Shown: positions 10,194-21,408 of the stretch, one piece after another
Position numbering within the stretch: position 1 is the stretch's first letter
Layout: each line of letters begins with the position of its first letter
NCBI GenBank assembly: GCA_025980465.1
Contig: JAICXJ010000009.1
Coordinates: 885 to 64,884 of the forward strand
Reading direction: 5' to 3'
Origin: Frankiales bacterium
Lineage (GTDB): Bacteria > Actinomycetota > Actinomycetes > JAFAQI01
Length of the DNA stretch: 64,000 bases
Made by a program: the position numbers and the translations under genes
Notes under the pieces: model-generated
Seen by the model: only the letters and a program-made list of their open reading frames with translations
Told to the model about the DNA's origin: nothing
The model's database searches: none

Positions 10194-10216
10194 TGCGCGA
10201 CACATAGGCTGAGTCC

Positions 10217-10783
10217 ATGCCCGGCCGTGAGTTCGCGTTCGACCCCCCGGAGCGCTTCGTCGCCGGGACTGTCGGACAGCCGGGCCAGCGCACCTTTTAT
10301 CTGCAGGCCTCCGGCAGCGGCCGTACCGTCTCAGTCGCGCTCGAGAAAATGCAGGTTTCGGCGCTGGCCGAGCGGCTCGACGAGCTGCTCGACGAGGTAC
10401 GACGTCGGCAGGGTGCTGACTCCACCGTGCCGGCGCTCGCGCCGGCCCAGCTCGAGGACGTGGCACCGCTCGAAGCGCCGGTCGAGGAGGAGTTCAGGGT
10501 CGGCACGCTCGCCCTCGCCTGGGACGACGATACGAGCTTGGTGATCATCGAGGCCCAGTCCCTCGTCGAGGACCTGGAGGAGGGCACGGAAGCGCCCTCG
10601 GACATCGACACGAACGCCGACATGTTGCGAGTCACGCTCGCACCGGCGGTCGCGCGGGCGTTCGCCAAGCGGGCGTTGCGGGTGGTCGCAGCCGGCCGGC
10701 CGCCCTGCCCGCTGTGCGGCAACCCGCTCGATGCCGAGGGGCACATCTGCCCACGGCAAAACGGGCACCTGCACGCCGGGTGA
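10217..10783 (+). CDS. DUF3090 family protein
   Basis: AGTVGQPGQRTFYLQA, LEKxQV, C-terminal GRPPCPLCGNPLDAEGHICPRQNG. Confidence 0.88.
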   Translation: MPGREFAFDPPERFVAGTVGQPGQRTFYLQASGSGRTVSVALEKMQVSALAERLDELLDEVRRRQGADSTVPALAPAQLEDVAPLEAPVEEEFRVGTLALAWDDDTSLVIIEAQSLVEDLEEGTEAPSDIDTNADMLRVTLAPAVARAFAKRALRVVAAGRPPCPLCGNPLDAEGHICPRQNGHLHAG

Positions 10784-10793
10784 CACTGGACCC

Positions 10794-11525
10794 GTGACCG
10801 CGCCCGCCTACACCCTCGACGCAGCCGATGCGCTGCGACTGTTGCGTGACGGCGAGCTCGACGTCGAGGGGCGGCTGGTCGACGCGTCCAATGCGACGTT
10901 GTACTGCTCGGTCGCCCTCGACGGCGTGGTCGCCGCCTGCGTCTACAAGCCGATCGCGGGCGAGCGGCCGCTCTGGGACTTCCCGGACGGGACGCTGGCC
11001 GGCCGAGAGGTCGCGGCCTATCTGGTGTCGGTCGCGACCGGCTGGGACGTCGTGCCCCCCACCGTCATGCGCGACGGGCCGTTCGGTCCCGGCATGTGCC
11101 AACTGTGGATCGACGTCGAGGAGACGATCGACATCGCCATCCTGGCGCGCAGCACGATCGAGCCGCTTCGCCGGATGGCGGTGTTCGACGCGGTCGTCAA
11201 CAACGCCGACCGTAAAGGCGGGCATCTGTTGCCGGTCGCCGACGGTCACGTGTACGGCGTCGACCACGGGGTCTGCTTTTCCGAAGACGACAAGCTGCGC
11301 ACCCTGCTGTGGCACTGGCGCGGCAAACGGCTGACCGAGGAGGCAATGGGCGTGCTCGTCGGCCTCCGGGAGGACCTTCGCGGCAGTCTCGGCTGTCGGC
11401 TGCGGGAGCTGCTCACCGACCGGGAGGTGCTCGCGACCCAGCGGCGGATCCACCGGCTGCTCTCGACGAAGCGGCACCCGATGCCTGACGGCGACTGGCC
11501 CGCCCTCCCATGGCCCCCGTTCTGA
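10794..11525 (+). CDS. SCO1664 family kinase-like protein
   Basis: YKPIAGERPLWDFPDGTLAGRE, NNADRKGGH, GVDHG, terminal PWPPF. Confidence 0.9.
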   Translation: MTAPAYTLDAADALRLLRDGELDVEGRLVDASNATLYCSVALDGVVAACVYKPIAGERPLWDFPDGTLAGREVAAYLVSVATGWDVVPPTVMRDGPFGPGMCQLWIDVEETIDIAILARSTIEPLRRMAVFDAVVNNADRKGGHLLPVADGHVYGVDHGVCFSEDDKLRTLLWHWRGKRLTEEAMGVLVGLREDLRGSLGCRLRELLTDREVLATQRRIHRLLSTKRHPMPDGDWPALPWPPF

Positions 11526-11545
11526 CCAATCCGTAGGCTCCCAGC

Positions 11546-12763
11546 GTGCGTTCGTGGTCCTCGCCCTCGGTTCCTCGGCTGGCCGCCGGGTCTGGCGAGC
11601 CGGTGCAGGTCAACGACTCGGCAACCGGCACGCTGGTGACGCTCGGCGCCGACCGCGACGACGTCACGATGTACGTCTGCGGGATCACGCCGTACGACGC
11701 GACCCACCTCGGCCACGCCGCCACCTACCTGCTCTTCGACGAGTTGCAGCGAGTGCTGCTCGACGCCGGCAAGTCGGTGCGCTACGTGCAGAACGTCACC
11801 GACGTCGATGATCCGCTGCTGGAGCGGGCGAATGCCACCGGGGAGGATTGGACCGCGCTAGCGCAGCGCGAGATCCAGCTGTTCCGCGATGACATGGAGG
11901 CGCTTCGGATCATCGCTCCGGACGCCTACGTCGGCGCGGTCGAGGCGATCCCGCAGATCGTCTCCGCGGTGGTGGGGTTGCGCGAGCGGGGCGCGGCGTA
12001 CGACGTGGAGGGCGACACCTACTTCTCGGTGTCCGCGACGGACAGCTTCGGATCGGTCGGGCACCTCGACCCCGAGCAGATGATCACGCTCTCAGCCGAA
12101 CGCGGGGGAGATCCGGCCCGGGCCGGCAAGAAGGATCCGCTTGACTGCCTGCTCTGGCAGGCCGCCCGTCCCGGCGAACCGGCCTGGGACAGCGAGCTTG
12201 GGCCGGGCCGACCTGGGTGGCACATCGAGTGCGCCGCGATCGCGCTGCAGCACCTCGGCGACACGATCGACGTGCAGGGGGGCGGCGACGATCTGATCTT
12301 TCCGCATCACGAGATGAGCGCCGCCGAGGCCGCCGTTCTGACCGGACGAACGCCCTTCGCCCGGGCCTACGTTCACCAGGCGATGGTTGGCTACGACGGC
12401 GAGAAAATGTCGAAGTCGCGCGGCAACCTGGTGCTGGTGTCGACGCTGCGCGAGTCCGGAATCGATCCGATGGCGATCCGGCTCGGGTTGCTGGACCATC
12501 GTCATGACGGCGCGTGGGAGTGGCACGACGAGGAGCTCACCGCAGCGACCGATCGGCTCGCCACCTGGCGGGCCGGCCTCGCCAGACCTCGCGGGCCGGA
12601 GCCCGGCGCACTCGTCGAGTCGCTTCGGCGCGCCCTGCGCGGTGGTCTCGACACCCCCGCCGCAGTGGCTGCGGTCGACGCCTGGGTCACGACCGACGGT
12701 AACGACCCGCAGGCGCCCGCAGTGGCCGCGCAGGCCATCGACGCGCTGCTCGGGATCCGCTGA
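11546..12763 (+). CDS. mshC: Cysteine:GlcN-Ins ligase (mycothiol biosynthesis)
   Basis: [37 protein letters not shown]. Confidence 0.96.
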   Translation: MRSWSSPSVPRLAAGSGEPVQVNDSATGTLVTLGADRDDVTMYVCGITPYDATHLGHAATYLLFDELQRVLLDAGKSVRYVQNVTDVDDPLLERANATGEDWTALAQREIQLFRDDMEALRIIAPDAYVGAVEAIPQIVSAVVGLRERGAAYDVEGDTYFSVSATDSFGSVGHLDPEQMITLSAERGGDPARAGKKDPLDCLLWQAARPGEPAWDSELGPGRPGWHIECAAIALQHLGDTIDVQGGGDDLIFPHHEMSAAEAAVLTGRTPFARAYVHQAMVGYDGEKMSKSRGNLVLVSTLRESGIDPMAIRLGLLDHRHDGAWEWHDEELTAATDRLATWRAGLARPRGPEPGALVESLRRALRGGLDTPAAVAAVDAWVTTDGNDPQAPAVAAQAIDALLGIR

Positions 12764-12784
12764 CCGACGATCGGATCGACGTGG

Positions 12785-13624
12785 TCAGTCGCTGCTGTCG
12801 CGGCGCCGCAGATAACGCTCGAACGCTCGGGCGATCGCTTCGCCACTCGCCTCCGGGAGCGAGGTCTCGTCCTCCCGTAGCTCCAAAGACGCGATGTAGT
12901 CGGCGATCTCGCCGTCTTCTCGCGCCAGCTCGTCGACACCGTTCTCCCAGGCCTGCGCCGCCTCCGGCAGATCCCCGAGCGGTACGGCGAGATCGAGAAC
13001 GTCCTCGACCCGGTGCAACAAGGTGAGCGTCGCCTTCGGACACGGTGGCTGCGCGACGTAATGGGGCACGCTGGCCCAGTAGCTGACCACCTTGCGGCCG
13101 GACTCGGCAAGGGACTGGTGGAACACACTGACCACGCCGGTCGGCCCTTCGTAACGGGAGCGGGTCAGACCCAGCGATGTGGCGAGCGCATCGTCGGATG
13201 CCGAGCCGTTGACGTCGATCGGACGGGTGTGGGGAACGTCGGCGAGCAATGCGGCGAGGCATACCACTCGATCCACATCGAGCTCATCGGCAAACTCGGT
13301 GAGCTCCTGGCAGAACGCCCGCCACCGCATGTTCGGTTCGAGGCCTCGCACCAGCACGATTTCCTGATCGCCGACGGTCGCCAACCCGAGCCGAGTCGTC
13401 GGCCAGTCGATGCGCCGCGTGACCCCGTCGACGAGCCGCACGGTCGGGCGGTTCACCTGGTAGTCGTAGTAGTCCTCGGGGTCGATCGCGGCGAACGGTC
13501 GCGCCTTCCACTCCCGCTCGAGGTGCTCAATCGCCCCGGTAGCAGCGTCGGCCGCGTCGTTCCAACCCTCGAAGGCTGCGATCATCGCGCGCTTCGGACT
13601 CGACCCGCCGCGATCGACCGTCAC
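12785..13624 (-). CDS. PAC2 family proteasome assembly chaperone-like protein
   Basis: AFEGWNDAA, YYDYQVNRP, GLEPNMRW, YEGPTG, WASVPHY. Confidence 0.9.
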   Translation of the reverse strand: MTVDRGGSSPKRAMIAAFEGWNDAADAATGAIEHLEREWKARPFAAIDPEDYYDYQVNRPTVRLVDGVTRRIDWPTTRLGLATVGDQEIVLVRGLEPNMRWRAFCQELTEFADELDVDRVVCLAALLADVPHTRPIDVNGSASDDALATSLGLTRSRYEGPTGVVSVFHQSLAESGRKVVSYWASVPHYVAQPPCPKATLTLLHRVEDVLDLAVPLGDLPEAAQAWENGVDELAREDGEIADYIASLELREDETSLPEASGEAIARAFERYLRRRDSSD

Positions 13625-13702
13625 GAACCCAGGGTATGCCCGGTCCGTAGCGGTCTCCGGCCACGGCGATCGGCACCGCCGCGATCGACTAGTGTCGTGA
13701 CA

Positions 13703-14164
13703 CTAGCGACCGCCGCCGGTCGTGTGGACGATCAGGACGTCGCAGGCGGCACGATGACTGATGTTGGCGGGCACCGAGCCGAGCAGCCGCCCGGCCAGGC
13801 TGTTCAGTCCGCGGTTGCCGACGATGCACAGGTCGACCTTGCGCTCGTCGATCAGCGCGACCAGGACGTCCACGGCGTCGCCCGCCTCGGCCACGGTTTC
13901 GATCTTCTTGGCGCCGGCTTTCACTGCCAATGCCTTCGCGTCGCGTAGGGCGTCCTCGGCGGGGTTGGAGCCCATCACCTTGTAGGCGTCGTTCCCGAGC
14001 TCGTTGACGGCGCGGTCGCGGTCCCGCTCCGATATCGCCTGGTAGGCGGAGGCGATCAGCAGCGTCGCGCCAGTGTCCGAAGCCAGCGCGGCGGCACGCT
14101 CGACCGCGCGGAACGACGAGGCCGACCCATCGGTGCCGACGAGCACTGTGCTGTAGCTACCCAC
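13703..14164 (-). CDS. Universal stress protein
   Basis: VLVGTDGS, VGNRGLNSLAGRLLGSVP, CDVLIV. Confidence 0.92.
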   Translation of the reverse strand: MGSYSTVLVGTDGSASSFRAVERAAALASDTGATLLIASAYQAISERDRDRAVNELGNDAYKVMGSNPAEDALRDAKALAVKAGAKKIETVAEAGDAVDVLVALIDERKVDLCIVGNRGLNSLAGRLLGSVPANISHRAACDVLIVHTTGGGR

Positions 14165-14256
14165 TGATGGCTTCCTCTCGGCTGCTGGCGTGCGATTGGG
14201 GGAACCGTATAACTGCGAGGCAGCCACACGGCACCTTCACCTAGAATCTGTTTCAA

Positions 14257-17200
14257 ATGTCGATTACACCGGATGCTTCCGGACCCGCGGCGCTACTCCA
14301 GGCATTGCGCGAGCGCGTGCTCGTCGCCGACGGCGCGATGGGCACCATGTTGCAGGCGCACGATCTCTCACTCGACGACTTCGAAGGTCACGAGGGGTGC
14401 AACGAGGTCCTCAACGCGACCCGGCCCGACGTCGTGCGGTCGGTCCACGACGCCTACTTTGCGATCGGTTCGGATGCCGTCGAGACCAATACCTTCGGCG
14501 CGAACCTCGCCAACCTCGCCGAGTACGGCATTGAGGACCGCATCCATGAGCTGTCCGAAGCCGGCGCCCGGCTCGCACGGGAGGTTGCCGACGGATATTC
14601 GACGCCGGATCGGCCGCGATGGGTGATCGGCTCGGTCGGTCCGGGGACGAAGCTGCCGACCTTGGGTCACGTCAAGTACGCCGCGCTCCGCGACGCCTAC
14701 CAGGCCGAGGTCGATGGCCTCATCGCCGGTGGCGCCGACGCGGTCCTGGTGGAGACTGCCCAGGACTTGCTTCAGTGCAAGGCCGCGATCAACGGTGCTC
14801 GCCGGGCGTTCAGGTCCAGTGGGCTCAAGCTTCCGCTGTTCGTCCAGGTCACCGTGGAGACCACCGGCACGATGCTGCTGGGCAGCGAGATCGGTGCCGC
14901 GCTGACGGCACTCGAGCCGCTCGAGATCGACCTGATCGGCCTGAACTGCGCGACCGGGCCCGCCGAGATGAGCGAGCATCTGCGCCATCTCTCTCGGCAT
15001 GCCCGGGTCGGGTTGTCGTGCATGCCGAACGCCGGCTTGCCCGAGCTGACCGCGGATGGCGCTCGCTACCCGTTGTCACCGGAAGAGCTCGCCGACGCCC
15101 ACGACACCTTCACCCGCGAGTTCGGTCTCGCCCTCGTTGGCGGTTGTTGTGGGACGACACCGGAACACATCCGACAGGTGGTGGAGCGGGTAGGCGGGCG
15201 CGAGGTGGCGACGCGAAAGCCGCACCCGGATCACGGCGCCGCGAGTCTGTACCAGCACGTCCCGTTCCGCCAGGACACGACGTACCTCACTATCGGCGAG
15301 CGGACCAATGCGAACGGCTCCAAGGCGTTTCGCGAGGCGATGCTCGCCGAGCGGTGGGAGGACTGCGTCGAGATCGCTCGCGATCAGACCCGCGATGGCG
15401 CCCACCTGCTCGACGTCTGCATCGACTACGTCGGACGCGACGGTACGACGGACATGCGCGAGGTCGCGTTCCGGTTCGCCACCGCATCGACTCTGCCGCT
15501 GGTGCTCGACTCGACCGAACCGGACGTCATCGAAGCCGGGCTGGAGTGCCTGGGCGGTCGGAGCGTCATCAACTCGGTCAACTACGAGGACGGCGACGGG
15601 CCGTCGTCGCGCATCGCCCGGATGATGCCGATCGTCAAAGAGCACGGTGCCGCGGTCGTCGCGCTGACCATCGACGAGGAGGGCCAGGCCCGCACCGCAG
15701 AGTGGAAGGTGCGGGTCGCGGAGCGGCTGATCAACGACCTCACGACCAACTGGGGGATGGAGACCAGCGACATCATCGTCGACTGCCTCACCTTCCCGAT
15801 CGCGACCGGTCAGGAGGAGACCCGTCGCGACGGCCTGGAGACGATCGAGGCGATCCGGGAGGTCAAGCGGCGCTTCCCCGAGGTGCAGACGACCCTCGGG
15901 CTGTCGAACGTCTCCTTCGGCCTCAACCCGGCCGCCAGGCAGGTGCTCAACTCGGCCTTCCTGCACGAGTGCGTCAAGGCGGGTCTGGACTCCGCGATCG
16001 TTCACGCGTCGAAGATCCTGCCGTTCTCGCGGATCCCTGAGGAGCAGCGCGAGGTCGCGCTCGACATGGTCTGGGATCGGCGGCGTCCCGCCAGTGACGA
16101 CCAGCCGGCATACGACCCGCTGACCCGGTTCCTGGACTTGTTCGAAGGCGTCGACGTCGCCGCTGCGAAACAGTCGCGCGCCGAGGAACTCGCCGCACTG
16201 CCGCTCGGCGAGCGGCTCGGTCGCCGCATCATCGACGGCGAGCGCAACGGCCTAGAGGCCGACCTGGACGAGGGAATGGGCCAGGGGTGGAAGCCGCTCG
16301 ACATCATCAACGACCACCTGCTCGAGGGCATGCGGGTCGTCGGCGACCTGTTCGGCTCCGGCCAGATGCAGCTGCCGTTCGTGCTGCAGTCTGCCGAGGT
16401 GATGAAAGCGGCCGTCGGATATCTCGAGCCGCACATGGAGAAGTCCGACGACGACGGCAAGGGCACGATCGTGCTCGCCACTGTCCGCGGCGACGTCCAC
16501 GACATCGGAAAGAACCTCGTCGACATCATCTTGAGCAACAACGGCTACACCGTGGTCAACCTCGGCATCAAGCAGCCGATCACCTCGATCGTCGAGGCGG
16601 CGGAGGTGCACGCCGCTGACGTGATCGGCATGAGTGGCCTCCTCGTGAAAAGCACGGTGATCATGAAGGAGAACCTCGAGGAGCTGAACAGTCGCGGCCT
16701 CGCGGACAAGTGGCCGATCCTGCTCGGCGGCGCGGCGCTGACCCGCGCTTACGTCGAGGTCGACCTCGCCGACATGTACCGGGGCGAGGTGCGCTACGCG
16801 AAGGACGCCTTCGAAGGGTTGCGCCTGATGGACGCCGTCATGGCGGTGAAGCGAGGTGAGCCAGGTGCGCAGCTGCCGGCGTTGCGGGAGCGCCGGGTGT
16901 CGGTTCGCAAACGTCCGAGCGAGCTACCACCCGAGGAGCTGCCGGCGCGTTCTGACGTCGCGCTCGACAACACCGTCCCGACGCCACCGTTCTTCGGCGA
17001 TCGTGTCGTCAAGGGGATCGCGCTGGCTGACTATGCCGCGATGCTCGACGAACGGGCGACCTTCCTTGGCCAGTGGGGGCTGAAGCCCACCCGCGGGGAA
17101 GGCCCGTCGTACGACGAGCTGGTCGAGACAGAGGGACGACCCCGGCTACGGGCGTGGCTGGAGCGCATGCAGGCCGAGAAGATGCTCGAGGCGGCCGTTG

Positions 17201-17769
17201 TCTATGGATATTTCCCGTGTGTTTCCAAGGGAGATGACCTCATCGTCCTGCACGAGGACGGATCGGAGAGACTGCGTTTCACGTTCCCCCGACAGCGACG
17301 CGACCGGTTTCTGTGCTTGTCGGACTTCTTCCGGCCGGAGGACTCCGGTGAGATCGACGTGGTCGCGTTCCAGCTCGTGACGGTCGGCGCGCGCGTCAGC
17401 GAGGTCACCGCGGAGCTGTTCGCGAAGAACGCCTACCGCGACTACCTCGAGCTTCATGGGTTGTCCGTGCAGCTCACCGAGGCGCTCGCCGAACTCTGGC
17501 ACAGACGGGTCCGTGAGGAGCTCGGCTTCGGAGCCGAGACGGCCGACGACCTGTCCGAGGTGCTCGCACACCAGGCATATCGCGGATCGCGATACTCATT
17601 CGGCTACCCGGCCTGCCCCGATCTCGAGGACCGGGCCAAGGTCGTCGAACTCTTGCAGCCCGAACGGATCGGCGTGACGCTGTCCGAGGAGTTCCAGCTC
17701 GCGCCGGAGCAGGCCACGGACGCCATCATCGTGCATCACCCCGAGGCGAAATACTTCAACGCGCGGTGA
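14257..17769 (+). CDS. metH: Cobalamin-dependent methionine synthase
   Basis: DGAMGT, GLNCATG, GGCCGT, IGERTNANGS, B12 motif DVHDIGKN, YSFGYPACP. Confidence 0.97.
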   Translation: MSITPDASGPAALLQALRERVLVADGAMGTMLQAHDLSLDDFEGHEGCNEVLNATRPDVVRSVHDAYFAIGSDAVETNTFGANLANLAEYGIEDRIHELSEAGARLAREVADGYSTPDRPRWVIGSVGPGTKLPTLGHVKYAALRDAYQAEVDGLIAGGADAVLVETAQDLLQCKAAINGARRAFRSSGLKLPLFVQVTVETTGTMLLGSEIGAALTALEPLEIDLIGLNCATGPAEMSEHLRHLSRHARVGLSCMPNAGLPELTADGARYPLSPEELADAHDTFTREFGLALVGGCCGTTPEHIRQVVERVGGREVATRKPHPDHGAASLYQHVPFRQDTTYLTIGERTNANGSKAFREAMLAERWEDCVEIARDQTRDGAHLLDVCIDYVGRDGTTDMREVAFRFATASTLPLVLDSTEPDVIEAGLECLGGRSVINSVNYEDGDGPSSRIARMMPIVKEHGAAVVALTIDEEGQARTAEWKVRVAERLINDLTTNWGMETSDIIVDCLTFPIATGQEETRRDGLETIEAIREVKRRFPEVQTTLGLSNVSFGLNPAARQVLNSAFLHECVKAGLDSAIVHASKILPFSRIPEEQREVALDMVWDRRRPASDDQPAYDPLTRFLDLFEGVDVAAAKQSRAEELAALPLGERLGRRIIDGERNGLEADLDEGMGQGWKPLDIINDHLLEGMRVVGDLFGSGQMQLPFVLQSAEVMKAAVGYLEPHMEKSDDDGKGTIVLATVRGDVHDIGKNLVDIILSNNGYTVVNLGIKQPITSIVEAAEVHAADVIGMSGLLVKSTVIMKENLEELNSRGLADKWPILLGGAALTRAYVEVDLADMYRGEVRYAKDAFEGLRLMDAVMAVKRGEPGAQLPALRERRVSVRKRPSELPPEELPARSDVALDNTVPTPPFFGDRVVKGIALADYAAMLDERATFLGQWGLKPTRGEGPSYDELVETEGRPRLRAWLERMQAEKMLEAAVVYGYFPCVSKGDDLIVLHEDGSERLRFTFPRQRRDRFLCLSDFFRPEDSGEIDVVAFQLVTVGARVSEVTAELFAKNAYRDYLELHGLSVQLTEALAELWHRRVREELGFGAETADDLSEVLAHQAYRGSRYSFGYPACPDLEDRAKVVELLQPERIGVTLSEEFQLAPEQATDAIIVHHPEAKYFNAR

Positions 17770-18413
17770 CCGCGGCTGCGGTCCTGTTCGACCTCGACGG
17801 GTTGCTGATCGACTCCGAACCGCTCTGGTACCAGGTCGAGTACGACGTCGTTACCCGGCTCGGCGGGGTGTGGGGACCGAAGGACCAGGAAGCGTGCATC
17901 GGCGGCACGATGGCCGCCTCAGCCCGCTACATGGTTGAGGTCGCGGGCGCGAACGGAACCGTCGACGCCATCAGCGAGGAACTGATCGATGAGATGGTCA
18001 TGCGGTTCCGTGCCGAGCTTCCGGTCCACGACGGCGCGGTCGAACTCGTCGACGCGGTACGCCGGAGGGGCACCCCAGTCGGCCTGGTCTCCTCGTCGTA
18101 CCGCCGTCTGATCAATGCCGCGCTCGACCGGCTCGGGCACGACTGCTTCGAGGTCACCGTTGCCGGCGACGAGACCGCTCGCGGCAAGCCGCATCCCGAG
18201 CCTTATCTCACGGCGTGCGAACGGCTCGGCGTCGACCCGCGCCGAACGGTCGTGCTCGAGGACGCCATCAACGGCGTCAGTTCTGCCGAGGCCGCCGGCT
18301 GCGTGGTCGTCGTCGTACCATCGGTCGCACCGATTGCCGCAACTCCCTCTCGCCATGTCGTCGACGCGCTGGCCAACGTCGACGCCGGGTGGCTGCTTGG
18401 ACTGGTGCCGTGA
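17766..18413 (+). CDS. HAD family phosphatase
   Basis: FDLDGLLIDSE, GKPHPEPY, LEDAING; overlaps the metH stop. Confidence 0.92.
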   Translation: MTAAAVLFDLDGLLIDSEPLWYQVEYDVVTRLGGVWGPKDQEACIGGTMAASARYMVEVAGANGTVDAISEELIDEMVMRFRAELPVHDGAVELVDAVRRRGTPVGLVSSSYRRLINAALDRLGHDCFEVTVAGDETARGKPHPEPYLTACERLGVDPRRTVVLEDAINGVSSAEAAGCVVVVVPSVAPIAATPSRHVVDALANVDAGWLLGLVP

Positions 18414-20455
18414 TCCCGCATCCACCGGTGACCCGGCGCGACCACATCGTCGACGTCCTCCACGGCGAGGCCGTGGCCGATCCGTACCGCTGGCTCGAGG
18501 ACACCGAGGCAGCCGACACCAAGGCGTGGATCGCCGAGCAGAACGCGGTCTCGATCAGCTACCTGAGCGGGCTGAGCTCCCGCAGCGCGATCCGCAACCG
18601 GCTGGCCGAGATCTGGAACGTGACGAGGTGGGGACCGCCTCATTCGCACGCCGACCGCTGGTTCTTCGTTCGTCACGACGCCGGCGCCGACCAGCCGGCG
18701 TTGTTCGTCGCTGCGGAACCGTCCGCCATGGGCACCGCTGTGGTCGACCCGAACCTGCTGAGCCGCGACGGAACCATTTCGCTGAACAAGTGGGCGGTGT
18801 CCCGAGACGGCGCGCGGGTCGCCTACGCCTTGAGCGAGTCAGGCTCCGACTGGATGACGTGGCGAGTGAAGGAGACCGCAACCGGCGAGGAGCTACCTGA
18901 CCTCGTCGAGTGGTGCAAGTGGTCCTCGGCGGTGTGGCTGCCGAACGGATCCGGCTTCATCTACGGCGCCCAGGACGCCCCAACCCGAGGGCAGGAGTAT
19001 CTCGAGGGCCACGGCCAATGCCGGCTTGCACTGCACCGGCTCGGGCAGCCGTCAGCCGCCGACAGTGTCGTCTTCGCCGATGACCAGGTCGGATGGGAGT
19101 CCTACGCCGACGGCTTCGGTGATGGTCGCTGGCTCGTGATCACCAGCGAGGGCAACACCGGGCCGCAGACCAAGCTCCATGTCGCCGACCTGGCCGCCGG
19201 CGAGCTCCGGGTTGAGCCGCTTCTACCCGCCGCAGCTGATCAGAACTTCGTCGTCGGCAACGACGACCGGACCTTTTTCGTCCTCACCGATGCTGACGCG
19301 CCGCGACGTCGGGTCGTCGCCGTCACGCTTGACGCACCGACCAAAGCGGACTGGCGGGAGGTGGTTCCCGAGAGCCCGGACGCCATCATCGGAGTCACCG
19401 AGGCAGGTGAGTGTCTCGTCGTCCACGTCCTTCACGATGCGAGCTCGGCGCTGCAGATCTGGACCAAATCGGGGGAGCGGCGCTCGGACCTGCCGCTCCC
19501 GCCGCAGGTCACGGTCACGGAGGTCACGGCCAACCGGACCAGCGTGATCTGGATCGGCCTGCGGTCCTTCACCGACCCCGGCTCGGTCTGGACAGCGGAC
19601 GTGCGGACCGGCGAGCTTCGGATGGTGCACGACGCCGCGCCACCGATCGACGCCGACGCACTCGTGGTGTCGCGGGCATCGGCACGGTCGACCGATGGGA
19701 CGGCGGTGCCGATGTTCGTGATCCATCGCCGCGACGTCGCACCCACGGGCGAGGTGCCCGCGATGCTCTACGGGTACGGCGGCTTCGACATCGCGCTGAC
19801 CCCGGAGTTCAATCCCGGGCGTCTCGTGTGGAGCGAACGCGGAGGCGTCGTCGTCGTCGCCAACCTCCGGGGAGGTGGCGAGTTCGGTAAGGAGTGGTTC
19901 GAGGCCGGCAGGCGTGAGGCGAAGCAGAACGTGTTCGACGACTTCGCGGGCTGCGCCCGGTGGCTCGTCGAGTCAGGGTGGTCCCGGCCGGATCGGATCG
20001 CGATCAACGGTGGATCCAACGGCGGCCTGCTCGTCGGCGCCCTGCTGACTCAACATCCCGAGCTGATCGGGGCCGCCGTCCCGGAAGTCGGGGTCATGGA
20101 CATGCTTCGTTACCACCGATTCACCATCGGCTGGGCCTGGACCGGCGACCTCGGCGATCCCGATGACCCGCAGCAGTACCGCTGGGTGCGTGCCTACTCG
20201 CCGCTACACAACCTGCAGCCCGGTACGGCGTACCCGGCCACCTTGGTGATGACCGCAGATCACGATGATCGGGTCGTCCCGGGGCACTCGTTCAAGTTCG
20301 TCGCTGCGCTGCAGGCGGCGCAGGCCAGCGACGCGCCGGTGCTGATCAGGGTGGAGACGTCGGCCGGACACGGCGCTGCAACGCCGGTGAGCAAGTTGAT
20401 CGACGCTCGCGCCGACATGCTGGCGTTCTGCGAGTCAGCCTTGGGAGTCGGCTGA
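18410..20455 (+). CDS. Prolyl oligopeptidase (S9A)
   Basis: DPYRWLED, YGYGGF, RGGGEFG, GGSNGG, DDRV, AGHG. Confidence 0.95.
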   Translation: MIPHPPVTRRDHIVDVLHGEAVADPYRWLEDTEAADTKAWIAEQNAVSISYLSGLSSRSAIRNRLAEIWNVTRWGPPHSHADRWFFVRHDAGADQPALFVAAEPSAMGTAVVDPNLLSRDGTISLNKWAVSRDGARVAYALSESGSDWMTWRVKETATGEELPDLVEWCKWSSAVWLPNGSGFIYGAQDAPTRGQEYLEGHGQCRLALHRLGQPSAADSVVFADDQVGWESYADGFGDGRWLVITSEGNTGPQTKLHVADLAAGELRVEPLLPAAADQNFVVGNDDRTFFVLTDADAPRRRVVAVTLDAPTKADWREVVPESPDAIIGVTEAGECLVVHVLHDASSALQIWTKSGERRSDLPLPPQVTVTEVTANRTSVIWIGLRSFTDPGSVWTADVRTGELRMVHDAAPPIDADALVVSRASARSTDGTAVPMFVIHRRDVAPTGEVPAMLYGYGGFDIALTPEFNPGRLVWSERGGVVVVANLRGGGEFGKEWFEAGRREAKQNVFDDFAGCARWLVESGWSRPDRIAINGGSNGGLLVGALLTQHPELIGAAVPEVGVMDMLRYHRFTIGWAWTGDLGDPDDPQQYRWVRAYSPLHNLQPGTAYPATLVMTADHDDRVVPGHSFKFVAALQAAQASDAPVLIRVETSAGHGAATPVSKLIDARADMLAFCESALGVG

Positions 20456-21292
20456 CGGCTCGGGTAGCTCGACCCGCTCGGGCAGCGGTGGCGGCGTACC
20501 ACCGAAGGCCGGACAGAACTCGTGGTAGGAGCACCAGTCGCACAACTTGCTGGGCTTGTGCCGCCAGTCGCCGGTCGCGCGGGCCTTCTCGATCGCTGTC
20601 GCGATCGCGCCGATCTGGCGCTCGAGTGCGTCCAGATCTGCGGCATCGGGGGAGTAGTCGAGGACCTCTCGGTTGCTGAGGTAGTACAGCCGCAGCAGGC
20701 GTGGCAGCACGCCGGTCGAGCGCCACAGCACCAGCGCGTAGAACCGGAGTTGGAACAGCGCCTTGCCCTCGAAGGCCTCGCTGGGAGCCTTCCCGCTCTT
20801 GTAGTCGACCACCCGAAGGTCGCCGGCGGGAGAGCGATCGAGGCGGTCGACGAACCCCTTGAGGTGGACGCCTGAGGGCAGCGTCGTCTCGACCAGGACC
20901 TCCCGCTCCGCGGGTTCGAGCCGGGTCGGGTCCTCCAGCGCGAAGTAGCTGGCCAGCAGGGTCTGAGTCGAGGAGATCAGGCTGTCGAGCCCGCCGGGCT
21001 CGTCACCCACAAGTGCCGCCAGCTCGGGCTCCTCGGCGAGGATCGTGGCCCAGCCGGGCTCGACGTCAGCCACCGCCGCGTCGAGCGTCCGGTCGGCAGC
21101 GGCGAGGTCGAACAACCGCTCCAGGATGCCGTGGATCACCGTCCCGCGGGCGGCGTCGAGGCTCGGCGGCTCGGGCAGCCGGTCGATCGCCCGGAAGCGG
21201 TAAAGCAACGCACAGTTCTTGAAGTCGAGGGCGCGCGACGGCGAGAGCGACCAGCCTGATTCGGTCTCCACGACCAGGGTCTCCGCCGTCAT
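20435..21292 (-). CDS. RecB-like PD-(D/E)XK exonuclease (Rv2119-like)
   Basis: LSPSRALDFKNC, GFVDRLD, VVDYKSG, QLRFYAL, C-terminal CDWC-x4-CP Fe-S cysteines. Confidence 0.9.
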   Translation of the reverse strand: MTAETLVVETESGWSLSPSRALDFKNCALLYRFRAIDRLPEPPSLDAARGTVIHGILERLFDLAAADRTLDAAVADVEPGWATILAEEPELAALVGDEPGGLDSLISSTQTLLASYFALEDPTRLEPAEREVLVETTLPSGVHLKGFVDRLDRSPAGDLRVVDYKSGKAPSEAFEGKALFQLRFYALVLWRSTGVLPRLLRLYYLSNREVLDYSPDAADLDALERQIGAIATAIEKARATGDWRHKPSKLCDWCSYHEFCPAFGGTPPPLPERVELPEPSADSQG

Positions 21293-21299
21293 GAATGGG

Positions 21300-21321
21300 A
21301 CGGTAGACGACGGCGACGACG
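21300..21321 (-). promoter_or_regulatory. Leaderless promoter resembling the PafBC (RecA-NDp) motif
   Basis: Minus strand CGTCGT-N10-TA-CCG-T, then 7 nt to ATG; consensus is TGTCGG-N10-TA-N3-T (2 mismatches). Confidence 0.5.
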
Positions 21322-21408
21322 AAATCCGGCGCCGCGCCCGGGATGTGGGGAACAGCCGCGGCAACAAGAATCGCTCATTGCGTCATCCGGCGCGCCTACC
21401 ATCGGTAG